DNA of 64,000 bases. Origin: an uncultured bacterium. Lineage in GTDB: Bacteria; Oederibacteriota; JAAXVQ01; JAUVAV01. The position numbers and the translations under genes were made by a program. Below are positions 36,372 through 46,430 of the stretch, one piece after another. The DNA is taken from contig CAVQBK010000003.1 in assembly GCA_963710755.1 (NCBI GenBank), positions 480,001-544,000 on the forward strand, given 5' to 3'. Every line of letters starts with the position of its first letter. The first letter of the stretch is position 1. The notes under the pieces are model-generated. The model saw nothing but the letters and a program-made list of their open reading frames with translations, did not search any database and was not told where the DNA came from.

Positions 36372-39300
36372 ATGTCTCCAATGCCCACCAAGCGCCTGTT
36401 ATTATTAGCCAGCTTTCGTCATCCCCGCCGGCAGCGGAGATCAGGACTGGCCGCCATGTTGGTCATGGTCAATCTACTGCTGCCCCTTTTTTCCTGGGCT
36501 TTTGAACCTCCGGCACGTTTGTGGCCCCAGTTGGACCGCATAACATTTCAGCGACGGCTGGGGCTGCCAAAAGAAGCGGGCTCCATTTCAGCCCTCAGTA
36601 CGGGACAGGGCCCCATGGTCGTGATGATTGATGATCTGCATTGCCAGGAAGAGGTGCAGCGTCACATTGCCATGATCCTGGAACGGTTAAACACCACCAT
36701 GGGCATTACCCTGACCATGGTGGAAGGAGCCCACAGCCGGGTCAGGGTGGACCAGCTTTCTCAACTTTCCCAGGCTCGTGTACGTGAGAAAGTGGCCGGT
36801 TATTTCCTGACCCAAGGCACGTTGACCGGAGCGGAGTATGCCGCTATTAATTCCGCCGGGGCCATTGAGCTTCTGGGTATGGAAGACCAGCGGGCCTACC
36901 ACCGCAGCCAGGACCTGGCCAGGTCTTTTCTCACCTCAGCCTGTCAGGGTGATGTACTTGATCTTGAACAAGCGCTGCAGGATCTCAAGGGGCACCTCTT
37001 TCCGGCGCCTTGGCTGGCCCATGACCGCCTGCGTCAAGCCTTTCGCAACGGCACCAGTTCACTGCACCAATACAGCCTAGCCTTGGCTAAGGTCGGGCGC
37101 AAGGCGGGCCTTGACCTTAACGCCTTTCCCGCTTTAAGCCAGCTGTTAACCTCACCATCCCTTGCACATCATGAGGTTTTTGATCCTGATCAATTGCTGG
37201 AAGAAGATAATGCTCTGGAAAAAATTATCCGGGCCGGTCTGTCGGTCACACCGGCACAACGCACTTGGGAAGAAATGGACCAACGAGTGCAATTAATGCA
37301 AAAACTGCTCTCCATATCCGCCACCCCGGCGGAATGGCACACCTTCCAAAAACTTGGATCCACTCTTCAGGTGCCGGCCATCCTGGCTTTTATTCAGCAA
37401 CAAGATCCTAATCATCCCCTGCTCCTGGAAACGTCTTTGAACCATCTCGACCATGCCTTAAATCAGGCCCGGGCTTTCTATACCCTGGCAGACCGGCGCA
37501 GTGAATACTTTGTAACCAACGTGTTGGCGGCCATGCAAGCCCATCGTCAGCAGGCCGTGGCCGTGGTTTGCGGTGGATATCATCGCGACCAAATTTTGGA
37601 GGCTTTGAAGGCCAAAGGTATTGGTTATGTTAGCATCCGGCCGCACCTGGGCCGCGCCGACCGCCTCAACCCCTATTTCTCCCTGTTAAGAGAAGAACGG
37701 TCGGACCTGGAAAAATGGCTGATGAAAAATCAAACCCTTATGGCCCTGCCCACCACTTTCCTTCAAGGCGAAGGTGACCTGGCCACCCTGCTGCGCCAGG
37801 CGCCAATGGCGGTCAAGCTGGCCCGGAAAGAGCGAGCACTGTTCAAATTACAAGGGTTACTGGCAGAACTAATCGAACATCATGATAACAGCCAGGATAT
37901 GTTGGCCCGGACCCTGGCCGCCCAGGATGCTCTGCATGAGCCGACCTTGGCCATTGAGAAAAACGGTGTAATTTTGGATGCGCGCCGAACCTACTTCGCC
38001 TTTCCCCTCAAAACCTTGGGACTGGCCATTGTGCTTCACCGGCCCGGCCAAAGCAATACGGCTGCCTTAAGCCAGTGGGCCTTTAGCCGTAGCCTGCAAA
38101 TAGACCTGGTACCTATAAAAGTCCTTAACGCTCATTTAGCCTCTGTTGGCCACGGGCCATACTGGTGGCAACAGCAGGTTGTCCAAGAGTGGCAAAAACT
38201 GGCTGTCGCAGGCCAAAAAGTATTGGCCCAGATCCAGGCCTGGAAGACGCACTGGCTGAATCTGGCCACGCCCGAGCGGGAAGAACAATGGTTTCGCCTG
38301 CTGCCCATGCTGCTTTGGCATGTTGGTCTGGCGCCTGCCGGCGGGGTGCTCCTGGCTTCGGCGGCGATTTTTTTAATGCTCCATCGCCGGCAGCACTGGA
38401 CTCCCGGGCAATGGCTGGGCGCCACGGTGATGACCGCTGTGATCAGCCTGCTCTACTACAGTACGGCCTTGGCTGTATCCCTGGCCGGCGCCGGTCAAGT
38501 CCTGGCCGCGGCAACAGCCACCTTGGTTTCCTCCCAAAGCCATCGCTTGAACAATCAATGGCTGGCACCGCGCCTGCCACGGTGGCTGCCGGCCTTGTCG
38601 CTGGCTTCCCCTGATGCAAAGACGGACAAGCGATCAGCCGCACAGCTCACGGCTTCGGCTACAGCTCTACGGGAGGCCTTGATGGCCCCGGTGGTTAAAA
38701 CCATGATTCACATGGCTTCCTATCTCAACAGCGATCAGGGTAAATTACCGCCGGCCTTGGAGACCCAAAATGCGGGCTTAATCATGGCCAATAATATGAT
38801 GGAAATGACCACGGAAGCTGTGAAGGAAAATCTTATTCAAGTTAACCTGGGAAAAATCGTGCGGGTGTATAAATGGATGGTGGATTCGCTCGGTGCGTTT
38901 TGGCACAATTCCAATTTACCTCTGGCCCACTATCCTCTTTATTTCATTAAGCCTTCCAACAGCTCCCGCTATATTCACGGCCTGGATTTTAAAACCATCT
39001 TTTCGCGCTGGCCGCCGCGGGCGCATTGGAATGACCAGGATAAAGCTTCCTTGCTGCTCTACCTGCGCGAGCAAAAAGAAGTGCTCCATATCGATGAAAA
39101 GGTGACGCTTAATGACGCCATGGTGGCCTTCCGTCCCCACAGCCAGGAAATGGTGTTGATCCTGACCATGACCATCGACGGCCGCCGGCTGACCATACCC
39201 ATGGGGTATTTCACCAAACAGGAACAGCAACAGGCTCAGGGGCGACAATTTCTTCTGGGCGACCGCTTTGGCAATATTTTCTCCCCCCAGGGTGCGGAGG

Positions 39301-42300
39301 CCATCACCTACAACCTGGACCAGGATCAGATTAAGGCCATGGTGGACAGTGCGCATGCTCAGAACCAGAAAATTATCGCCAATTTTTATGAATGGCGGGC
39401 TCCTGAATATGTAACCGAAGAAAATTACCATCATTATTATCATCATTTTATCCCTGCCCAAGACCAGCGCGATGACGCGCGGCTGCTGCAGGACACCAAC
39501 CTCGACTGGGTGGTCCTCCATCTTTCCGGTGGCCGGCGCGTGTTGGTGGAGCGTGTCAGTGGCCATCATGGCCATCCCCTGTGGGCTACCCAGGACCAGC
39601 TGCTGCCCGATCTGGGTAAAAAAGACGGCACGCCTCAAGAACAGGACAATTACCATTATTGGAAACGAGTGTATTTGCAAAACCTGGAACAGTTGGCGAA
39701 CTGGGGATTTGATGGTGTGCGCGTTGACCTGGTCCATGGCTTTGGCCGGGAGGGTGATTACCGGATTTTTAAGGATCTGGTGCAGGAGACCATGGCCTAT
39801 GCCAAGGCTAGCCGGCAGGCGCGCTTTTATTTTTTTCTGGAAACCTACCCGGATATGTATTTTTATGACCAGCGTTTCACAGATTATTTTCGCGCCTGGA
39901 ATCAGGACCTGCCTTATGCAGCCATCAAAATATACCATGCCAAAATTGAACGTGAACTGGTGAATGCTAAAAATGGGGAACAGGCCTTGGATCAATTAAT
40001 GTGGACCCTGCACTGGCTGCTTAAACACCCGGAAGGCGCCACGGGTGAGCTAATTCCCATTGCCAGTTTTGATGATTATAGTCTTAGTGACATTGCCCGG
40101 CACAGCAACATGCCCTTGCCGGCCTTGCAGGAATTCATGCTTTTGCTGGGCAAAGCCGGCTACAACGTGCTGGCTGTGGACCGCGACTTAATGGGCTTGC
40201 AAGGCGAGCTGATTCCCACCGTACCGGGTGGTACTGATGATGGCGCAAGAAACGGACACTATGTGACTCACCGTGTGCCTGATCAGGAAGAATTACCTCA
40301 GTGGCTCAGCCGGGGATACACCGGGCTGTTGCAGCGTACCCAATTGCTGGAGTTGATGGAGACGGTTGATGACTATCCGGCCGTGGCCGGTATTGACGTG
40401 GACATTGCCGGCCGCACGGTCACCTTTACTTTTGCCGATCATCGCCAACGGCGCTTTAATTTTCGCGACCTGGGACGCGGGCAAATGCCAATCAGCACCG
40501 CCCAAGGCGAGGTTTGGGAGACACCCCTGCTGAGTGAGGACGCCCAGCGGGATCTGACGGAGTTGCAGCAAATAGAACAGGAATTGGCCGCAGCAGCAGG
40601 CCTGTCCCTAGAGGCTTGGCGCAATCTGGGCGCAGGGGTCAGCCAGGATGTGCTGGAGCAACACCATTTGATCAATCCTTTTGGCAAGGAAGGTTGGCAT
40701 AATTTTCTGGGATTCGTGAAGGGCATGGCCTGGGAACGTGCCGGCATCGGGCAGCAGCAAGTGGCGCCCTTCGATACCTACCTCGCCCGCCATGCCGACC
40801 AGCTGGTAGCCGATTATTTAAGCATGCGGGATATCCCTTATATTGTAGAAGGCAAATGGCAACAATGGAGAATTCTTGAAGCTACGGTCGCCATGGAACA
40901 CCGGGAACATGTTCGCCATCTTTGGCAGCAAGCCTGGAAAATCCGCACCACCTTGCTTAATGAAGCCCATGATCTGGACAAGGCAGCTGCCTTGTCCAGC
41001 GAAGCTCCTCCCGAACAGCCGCAGGTACAAACCATCCAACGGCCGCTGGTGGCCTCTTATTTACGGCAATGGATTATACGGGTGCTGGCTGCACCCAAAG
41101 CGCGTCTCTTGGCCCAGGCCTTGAGCTTCATCAACCGGCCCAATAAAATGCAGATCCTGATGGATCTGACGGCTCAGGCAGGCCAGCCCGGCACTACTTT
41201 ATGGCAGCAGGGGTTGAGTGCCATTTATCCTACCTTATCCATGTTTAACCGTCCTGAATTTCACGGCATCAAGGCCACCCTTTGTCTGGCCAAACCTTTT
41301 CTTAGCAAAGGTTCAGGCTTAGTGGACCAGGCGCGGGAGGTCCTGTGGCAGCCCTGGGAGGCCTTGGCCAATAAACAGGATTACCCTGCGCTGCGTGCCA
41401 TTATCCAAAAGTATGTGAAGGGGTTGAACCAGGAAGACCCACAAACCTTGCCCCTGCGCTTGCAGCTTAGTCTGCCCGAATGGCTGACCTATCAGGATCT
41501 TATGACCATTCTTCGAGCCATGCCTCAAGACACGCGGCAAGTGCCGGCGCTCAATGCCCTCTGGCAAAGAATCCTGAATGATTTTATTGTCTACTTACAT
41601 AATCGCAGTGACCAAAATCAAATTGACGGCCTGGACGAAGTTTTGAACAAAAAAAATTCCTACCGGCGTGCCCAGAGGCTGCTCCGATCCAACCTGCTCG
41701 ACCAGGGCACCTATTTCCAGGACTATGTGCAGGACCGGCTCAACCATGCGGAAACACAAGCGTTGTTTCGTGCCAGGGTCAAAGGCTTATGGATAGGTCA
41801 AATGGCCATGGACATTAATCCTGAACTAAGGGAACCGCATAAAACCCTAATAGGTCTCGATGAAGCTGGTGCGCCTCTTAGCACTACCGTGGATTTCTCC
41901 CGCCTTTATCTGTCCCATACCGATCTGACGGCCTTGGCCTGGGATGAAGCCCAATGCCTGGATTTGGTAGTGGACCAGATCAAGGTGATGAGCATGATTC
42001 CTGCGGCCGCCCGGCTGGTGGCCATCAATCCCATGGTCAAGCAGGCCCAGGATCAGAACATTTCTTTTAAACTGGCTTGGGAGCGCGAGGACCTGCGCCG
42101 CCAAAGCCTGGGGCTGATACCGTTGTCCCAAACAGGGCAGGTGGAAATCATTGCTGATCAGGATCTGGCTGATTCCAGCCAGGAAAAACCGGCCTTGAGC
42201 TTGCCGGTGAGTACCATCAAGCTTGAGGAAAAACATCTCAATGCTTCCCGCTGGGGCGAGCTCTATCAGCAAGGCTTGCGTCAGATTTTATTGCCCAGCG

Positions 42301-44987
42301 ATGCGGACGTGGACGGGAAACCCTTGTTTGCCAATGATCATCTGGGCGTGATGGTGCAGTGGGCTTCCCAAAAGCAGTCCCACCGTCTGTTGCTTTTACC
42401 AATGACCATGGATCAAGTGCCGGACAGTGTCTTTGGGGGGGAACAAGACCATTTACGGCCGGAAGATTTTGCCAACCGCCTGGTCTTTGACCACCTTTGC
42501 CGTTTTTCGCCTGCGATCCAAGCTGGCCTGCCCAGCAGGGAAGATGTGACCGTTCGGCTTGATTTGAGTCTAATAAATAAAATTGGTAATCATCCGTCAC
42601 CGGCAGTGCTGCAAAAAAATTGGCGCCGTTTTTTAATCCGCATTGGCTTTATCTTGAACCGGAAAGATGGTCACCGTCAACAGCTTCGCCAGATGGACAT
42701 GCAGTGGCCGGCGGTGAGCGGGGGGCTCAACCGGGCGTTGATGGCGGAAAACATGCCGTCCGGTCCAGTGCTGGGTGACCACCAGGACAAACGTCCTGCT
42801 TTCAAGGCCATGGTCCCACCGGAACCGCTTTTCAATAGCGATTTGGAACAAGAGGTGCGCCAGTTGCTTCAAGACTTGATCGCTGTGGAGCAGCAATTGG
42901 CTCAGGCCGCCGGCGTGGAGTTACAAGTTTGGCTGGATTTGGGGTATGGGCTCAATTGGGAACAAGCCAAGCAACGCGACCAACTCCTAAGCCTGCAACA
43001 TGAACTCACCACTTCCGGCAGTTTGCTTAATGCCCTCAAGACCCAGGCCTGGATAAGTAACCAGATTCCTGACCAGGATAGTGACGGCCACCAAGCTTTT
43101 TTGGATGATCAGCCTCTGGAAGTGGCCCAAAGGTATATGAGTTTTAGGTTTAAATCGTGGGGAACCCAGGAAGGGGCGCTACTGCAACGGCAAGCTTTGG
43201 AAAAAGTTCAGGGTGAAAATAATGTTTCACAGGAGGCTTGGGAACAACTATGGCGCCAGCGGGACGAATTGAGGTTGAAATTAACCCATTTGGCCCTCTC
43301 CGATGATCTGGAAGCACGAGAATTGACCTCAGCGGGTATGGGCCGCTGGCCCTGGCTGCAGAAGCTGTATGATAATCTGGAATCCAGCTTGCTGCCGCAG
43401 TGGGGGGCTAAGTGGAGCGCCATAATTGCCCAGGCCTGGGCACCAGCACTTTTGGAAACCGGGTTGGCCGTGGGCACCTTGACCTATGGGATCCAGGCGC
43501 TGGTTAATGTGATCAGTCCTGGTTTGTTGGGTACAGGCCTGGCTTTTTGGATCAGCTTGGCCATCAGCCTGGGGCTATGGCAAATGGGCCATTTACCTTG
43601 GCAAACCCTTGGCACTCAACCATTAGCGCAAATGATCGCCAAACAGGGACGGCAGATGATGAGCAAACCCTTGGTGATTATCACCGGCTCGAGCTTGTTG
43701 GCCACAGCGCTGCTCCAACCGACGGGCGTGGCTTCGGCCATGCTGCTCTGGGCCGTACTGATCGCCATTCATGTCCTGGTCAATTCAACCGCTTTGGCCA
43801 GAAAGGCCCGGCCGGCCGCTTTCACCAGCAGGACAGAGCAGGGTGCTCTGGGCAAGCATTTGATGAAGGTACAAGCCTTGACACAAGGGGCCAACAGCCT
43901 CTTGACCAAAAAGCGGGCCTTCTGGGAAAAGGGTATTGGCCGTGGGATGCAATGGTTGCTCTTCAGTCCCATGGTGCCTGCAGCCGGGAGGATGCTGCGA
44001 ATGGGCCTAGGCCCGTGGTTGAACAGCCATGGCCAGCTATGGCGCAAGCTGGCTACGCCAGCTGCTCCCTGGGAACAGCCAGTGCGGCGTTTGATCGTGC
44101 AACAGTTGTTGGAGCAGGACGCTGACTCAGCGGTCAATGCCTTAAGCGGGCCCAGCATCAAAGTTGAAGTACTCAGCCCCTACAACCGTCATTTCATGCA
44201 AGGCACTTTGGGCATAGGCGGGGGCTATTATTGGCAGGGTCAAACCCTTACCTTGCTGGTGGCACCTTATCTGCTGGATAGCCTAGCCGCAACCCCACAG
44301 GCTGCTGCTTCTCTGTCTTTCCGGTTGCGCCGGCAGCTGCTGGCCCTGATGAGTGCCCAAGCTACCAGGATTTATATCCACCAACCGGCTAAGGTTTCCG
44401 TGCGACAACCTGCACCAAAGCCACCGGCTTTGGTGCAGGTCTTCATGGCGCTGTCCCTACGCTTAGCCGGGCGTTTGCCTTCAAGCTATCGCCGCGTTGT
44501 TCATCGCTTCTGGCTGAGCCGCCAGCCCCAAGCATACCGGGTCTTCCAGTTTGGGCAGGACCACTCCGGCTTGGCTCAGGCACTGTTGGATCACACCAGC
44601 ACCCTTTATCAGGCCTACCTGTTGTATTATAAGGAACCCAGTGATAAGACCAGGGCGGCCTGGTGGCACCAAGCTGTGCTGGCTATGGTGCCGGTCGGCC
44701 ACCAAAACCAGGCTGTTGCTTTGCAAGCCAATTTAGCCACTTTTTCCAGAATTAATACCATGATGGGTGTAAAGCAAACAACGGTGGGCCATTGGCGTCA
44801 GACCGGTGATCATCAGCAGGCAGACCTTATTTATCTTCCCCATGCCTGGCTGGTTAATCCTGACCATGTAAAGTTGAAAAGCAGCATGCGTCATCTGTTG
44901 GGTCAGGCAAGGCCGGAGGCTTTACAGCTGAACCGCGTCTGGCATCGGGGTATACCGCTTAAGCCCAGCCTGGCCGGTTCGGTGTAG
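36372..44987 (+). CDS. Giant 2871-aa multidomain membrane/secreted protein
   Basis: Uninterrupted 8.6-kb ORF, GAGG RBS, signal-peptide-like N-terminus, two TM clusters, GH13-like motifs, internal repeat. Confidence 0.85.
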   Translation: MSPMPTKRLLLLASFRHPRRQRRSGLAAMLVMVNLLLPLFSWAFEPPARLWPQLDRITFQRRLGLPKEAGSISALSTGQGPMVVMIDDLHCQEEVQRHIAMILERLNTTMGITLTMVEGAHSRVRVDQLSQLSQARVREKVAGYFLTQGTLTGAEYAAINSAGAIELLGMEDQRAYHRSQDLARSFLTSACQGDVLDLEQALQDLKGHLFPAPWLAHDRLRQAFRNGTSSLHQYSLALAKVGRKAGLDLNAFPALSQLLTSPSLAHHEVFDPDQLLEEDNALEKIIRAGLSVTPAQRTWEEMDQRVQLMQKLLSISATPAEWHTFQKLGSTLQVPAILAFIQQQDPNHPLLLETSLNHLDHALNQARAFYTLADRRSEYFVTNVLAAMQAHRQQAVAVVCGGYHRDQILEALKAKGIGYVSIRPHLGRADRLNPYFSLLREERSDLEKWLMKNQTLMALPTTFLQGEGDLATLLRQAPMAVKLARKERALFKLQGLLAELIEHHDNSQDMLARTLAAQDALHEPTLAIEKNGVILDARRTYFAFPLKTLGLAIVLHRPGQSNTAALSQWAFSRSLQIDLVPIKVLNAHLASVGHGPYWWQQQVVQEWQKLAVAGQKVLAQIQAWKTHWLNLATPEREEQWFRLLPMLLWHVGLAPAGGVLLASAAIFLMLHRRQHWTPGQWLGATVMTAVISLLYYSTALAVSLAGAGQVLAAATATLVSSQSHRLNNQWLAPRLPRWLPALSLASPDAKTDKRSAAQLTASATALREALMAPVVKTMIHMASYLNSDQGKLPPALETQNAGLIMANNMMEMTTEAVKENLIQVNLGKIVRVYKWMVDSLGAFWHNSNLPLAHYPLYFIKPSNSSRYIHGLDFKTIFSRWPPRAHWNDQDKASLLLYLREQKEVLHIDEKVTLNDAMVAFRPHSQEMVLILTMTIDGRRLTIPMGYFTKQEQQQAQGRQFLLGDRFGNIFSPQGAEAITYNLDQDQIKAMVDSAHAQNQKIIANFYEWRAPEYVTEENYHHYYHHFIPAQDQRDDARLLQDTNLDWVVLHLSGGRRVLVERVSGHHGHPLWATQDQLLPDLGKKDGTPQEQDNYHYWKRVYLQNLEQLANWGFDGVRVDLVHGFGREGDYRIFKDLVQETMAYAKASRQARFYFFLETYPDMYFYDQRFTDYFRAWNQDLPYAAIKIYHAKIERELVNAKNGEQALDQLMWTLHWLLKHPEGATGELIPIASFDDYSLSDIARHSNMPLPALQEFMLLLGKAGYNVLAVDRDLMGLQGELIPTVPGGTDDGARNGHYVTHRVPDQEELPQWLSRGYTGLLQRTQLLELMETVDDYPAVAGIDVDIAGRTVTFTFADHRQRRFNFRDLGRGQMPISTAQGEVWETPLLSEDAQRDLTELQQIEQELAAAAGLSLEAWRNLGAGVSQDVLEQHHLINPFGKEGWHNFLGFVKGMAWERAGIGQQQVAPFDTYLARHADQLVADYLSMRDIPYIVEGKWQQWRILEATVAMEHREHVRHLWQQAWKIRTTLLNEAHDLDKAAALSSEAPPEQPQVQTIQRPLVASYLRQWIIRVLAAPKARLLAQALSFINRPNKMQILMDLTAQAGQPGTTLWQQGLSAIYPTLSMFNRPEFHGIKATLCLAKPFLSKGSGLVDQAREVLWQPWEALANKQDYPALRAIIQKYVKGLNQEDPQTLPLRLQLSLPEWLTYQDLMTILRAMPQDTRQVPALNALWQRILNDFIVYLHNRSDQNQIDGLDEVLNKKNSYRRAQRLLRSNLLDQGTYFQDYVQDRLNHAETQALFRARVKGLWIGQMAMDINPELREPHKTLIGLDEAGAPLSTTVDFSRLYLSHTDLTALAWDEAQCLDLVVDQIKVMSMIPAAARLVAINPMVKQAQDQNISFKLAWEREDLRRQSLGLIPLSQTGQVEIIADQDLADSSQEKPALSLPVSTIKLEEKHLNASRWGELYQQGLRQILLPSDADVDGKPLFANDHLGVMVQWASQKQSHRLLLLPMTMDQVPDSVFGGEQDHLRPEDFANRLVFDHLCRFSPAIQAGLPSREDVTVRLDLSLINKIGNHPSPAVLQKNWRRFLIRIGFILNRKDGHRQQLRQMDMQWPAVSGGLNRALMAENMPSGPVLGDHQDKRPAFKAMVPPEPLFNSDLEQEVRQLLQDLIAVEQQLAQAAGVELQVWLDLGYGLNWEQAKQRDQLLSLQHELTTSGSLLNALKTQAWISNQIPDQDSDGHQAFLDDQPLEVAQRYMSFRFKSWGTQEGALLQRQALEKVQGENNVSQEAWEQLWRQRDELRLKLTHLALSDDLEARELTSAGMGRWPWLQKLYDNLESSLLPQWGAKWSAIIAQAWAPALLETGLAVGTLTYGIQALVNVISPGLLGTGLAFWISLAISLGLWQMGHLPWQTLGTQPLAQMIAKQGRQMMSKPLVIITGSSLLATALLQPTGVASAMLLWAVLIAIHVLVNSTALARKARPAAFTSRTEQGALGKHLMKVQALTQGANSLLTKKRAFWEKGIGRGMQWLLFSPMVPAAGRMLRMGLGPWLNSHGQLWRKLATPAAPWEQPVRRLIVQQLLEQDADSAVNALSGPSIKVEVLSPYNRHFMQGTLGIGGGYYWQGQTLTLLVAPYLLDSLAATPQAAASLSFRLRRQLLALMSAQATRIYIHQPAKVSVRQPAPKPPALVQVFMALSLRLAGRLPSSYRRVVHRFWLSRQPQAYRVFQFGQDHSGLAQALLDHTSTLYQAYLLYYKEPSDKTRAAWWHQAVLAMVPVGHQNQAVALQANLATFSRINTMMGVKQTTVGHWRQTGDHQQADLIYLPHAWLVNPDHVKLKSSMRHLLGQARPEALQLNRVWHRGIPLKPSLAGSV

Positions 44988-45580
44988 CATTGTGGTGACG
45001 GACAAGGATTTTTTAATTAAGAGCTGTTCATCATAAATTCGGTTGGCGGCTGGCATCGATTCTATTACCTAAAAACCGGTCATCGCCAAACAAGGTGGGT
45101 AAATTGGAATTGCTTTTTGCCGTTATTCCGGCCAAAGCCGGAATCCGGGGATCTTGATCCAGCCACCAAGTTTTCACTCATATAAAAGGATGGACCAACT
45201 GACCTCACCCCTATTTTAAGTCACCCGCGAGGAGAGTCCCAGGGCGCTTTTTGCCGGCGGCTTCGCTTTGTGTTCCTTCATAAATTCATCAAGTGTTTTT
45301 ATCCCCACCTAAGCTTCTTTCAATACTACGATGATCTATTCTTCAGTATGTTTTTGTCATTTTCGACTCCTGGTTCATTGTGTTTTACATCCAGGAAACT
45401 CACCTTTCAAGTGGCTTTAATTTCGGGGGAGAGGCCAGGGGTTTGTAAGCGAGAAAATATTACATTATTAAGTTGTTAACGTTCCGTACTTTCACACGGC
45501 TTGATGAAATTAAGAAGTGTGTAGGTTGGTGGCTATCCCCAATCCCATTACCAATATTCAATGCCCGTTATATCAGGGAA

Positions 45581-45618
45581 TTCATTCCATAGTCTGAACG
45601 GTTAACCTATGGAATGAA
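45581..45618. promoter_or_regulatory. Putative upstream activator (bEBP) binding site 2
   Basis: TTCATTCCATA-N16-TATGGAATGAA perfect inverted repeat. Confidence 0.72.
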
Positions 45619-45756
45619 TTACTTATCTCCAGGTAAATCTCTGGAACCCATTCCATGCCTATGGCACTCAATCAAGACCATCCCATAAAAGCCTTTAAAT
45701 TCCTATAGAATTAATTCGGGTCCATTCCGTCTCATTTATCACTCATAAAATAAATA

Positions 45757-45773
45757 TTGGCATAGTCTTTGCT
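45757..45773 (+). promoter_or_regulatory. sigma54 promoter of the fliL operon
   Basis: TTGGCAT-AGTCT-TTGCT. Confidence 0.85.
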
Positions 45774-45812
45774 TTTTTAATGCAGCGACTCATTCTGACA
45801 AGGAGAGCTCTT

Positions 45813-46397
45813 ATGGCCAATGACAAAGAATCTCAAGAAACTCAGGACAATGCCTTAAAACAAATGAAGTTGCTCATCATGGTGGTGTTGGTGATTGCCA
45901 TGGTGGCCCCCTTTTTATCCACCTCCATGGCTGTGAAAGGCATTAATGCAAAATTGAACAAGCTCAGTGCTGTTGCCAAGAGTGAACCCACAGAGGAAAA
46001 CCAGGCGGAGGCGGAGACATTGCCCATGGCATTTTTTAAGCCCATGGAGTTTCTGGTTAATCTTGGGGATACGGACGGCAGCCACTACTTACGGGCTACC
46101 GTTAGTTTAGGGGCGCGCCTGAGCAAGGAAGATTTGAATGGGGAAGGTAAAAAAGGCGGCGGTCACGGCGGCGGCGAGAGTGGTGCTGCACCAGAACCTG
46201 CTTTTTTTAACACCATCAAAGCTCAGGAACCGATCGTGCGCGATACCATCATTTCCGTGATTTCCAACTATACCATGGACGATTTGGTGGCTCCGGCCGG
46301 GAAAAACAAACTCAAGGAGACCATCCGCAACCGGCTGCGTTCAGAATTTAACCGTGAAGATCTGGAGGTTTATTTCACGGCGTTTACCCTGCAATAG
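45813..46397 (+). CDS. fliL: Flagellar basal-body-associated protein
   Basis: Single TM, EFLVNL, VRDTII, GKNKLKETI, VYFT.F.LQ. Confidence 0.93.
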   Translation: MANDKESQETQDNALKQMKLLIMVVLVIAMVAPFLSTSMAVKGINAKLNKLSAVAKSEPTEENQAEAETLPMAFFKPMEFLVNLGDTDGSHYLRATVSLGARLSKEDLNGEGKKGGGHGGGESGAAPEPAFFNTIKAQEPIVRDTIISVISNYTMDDLVAPAGKNKLKETIRNRLRSEFNREDLEVYFTAFTLQ

Positions 46398-46430
46398 ATC
46401 AACAAGCTGATTCAGACTAAAGGAGCAGGC

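Noticed and set aside
45270-45479. 69-aa Phe-rich ORF in the spacer before fliL
   Set aside because: GTG start without RBS, in an AT-rich regulatory region, no recognisable features
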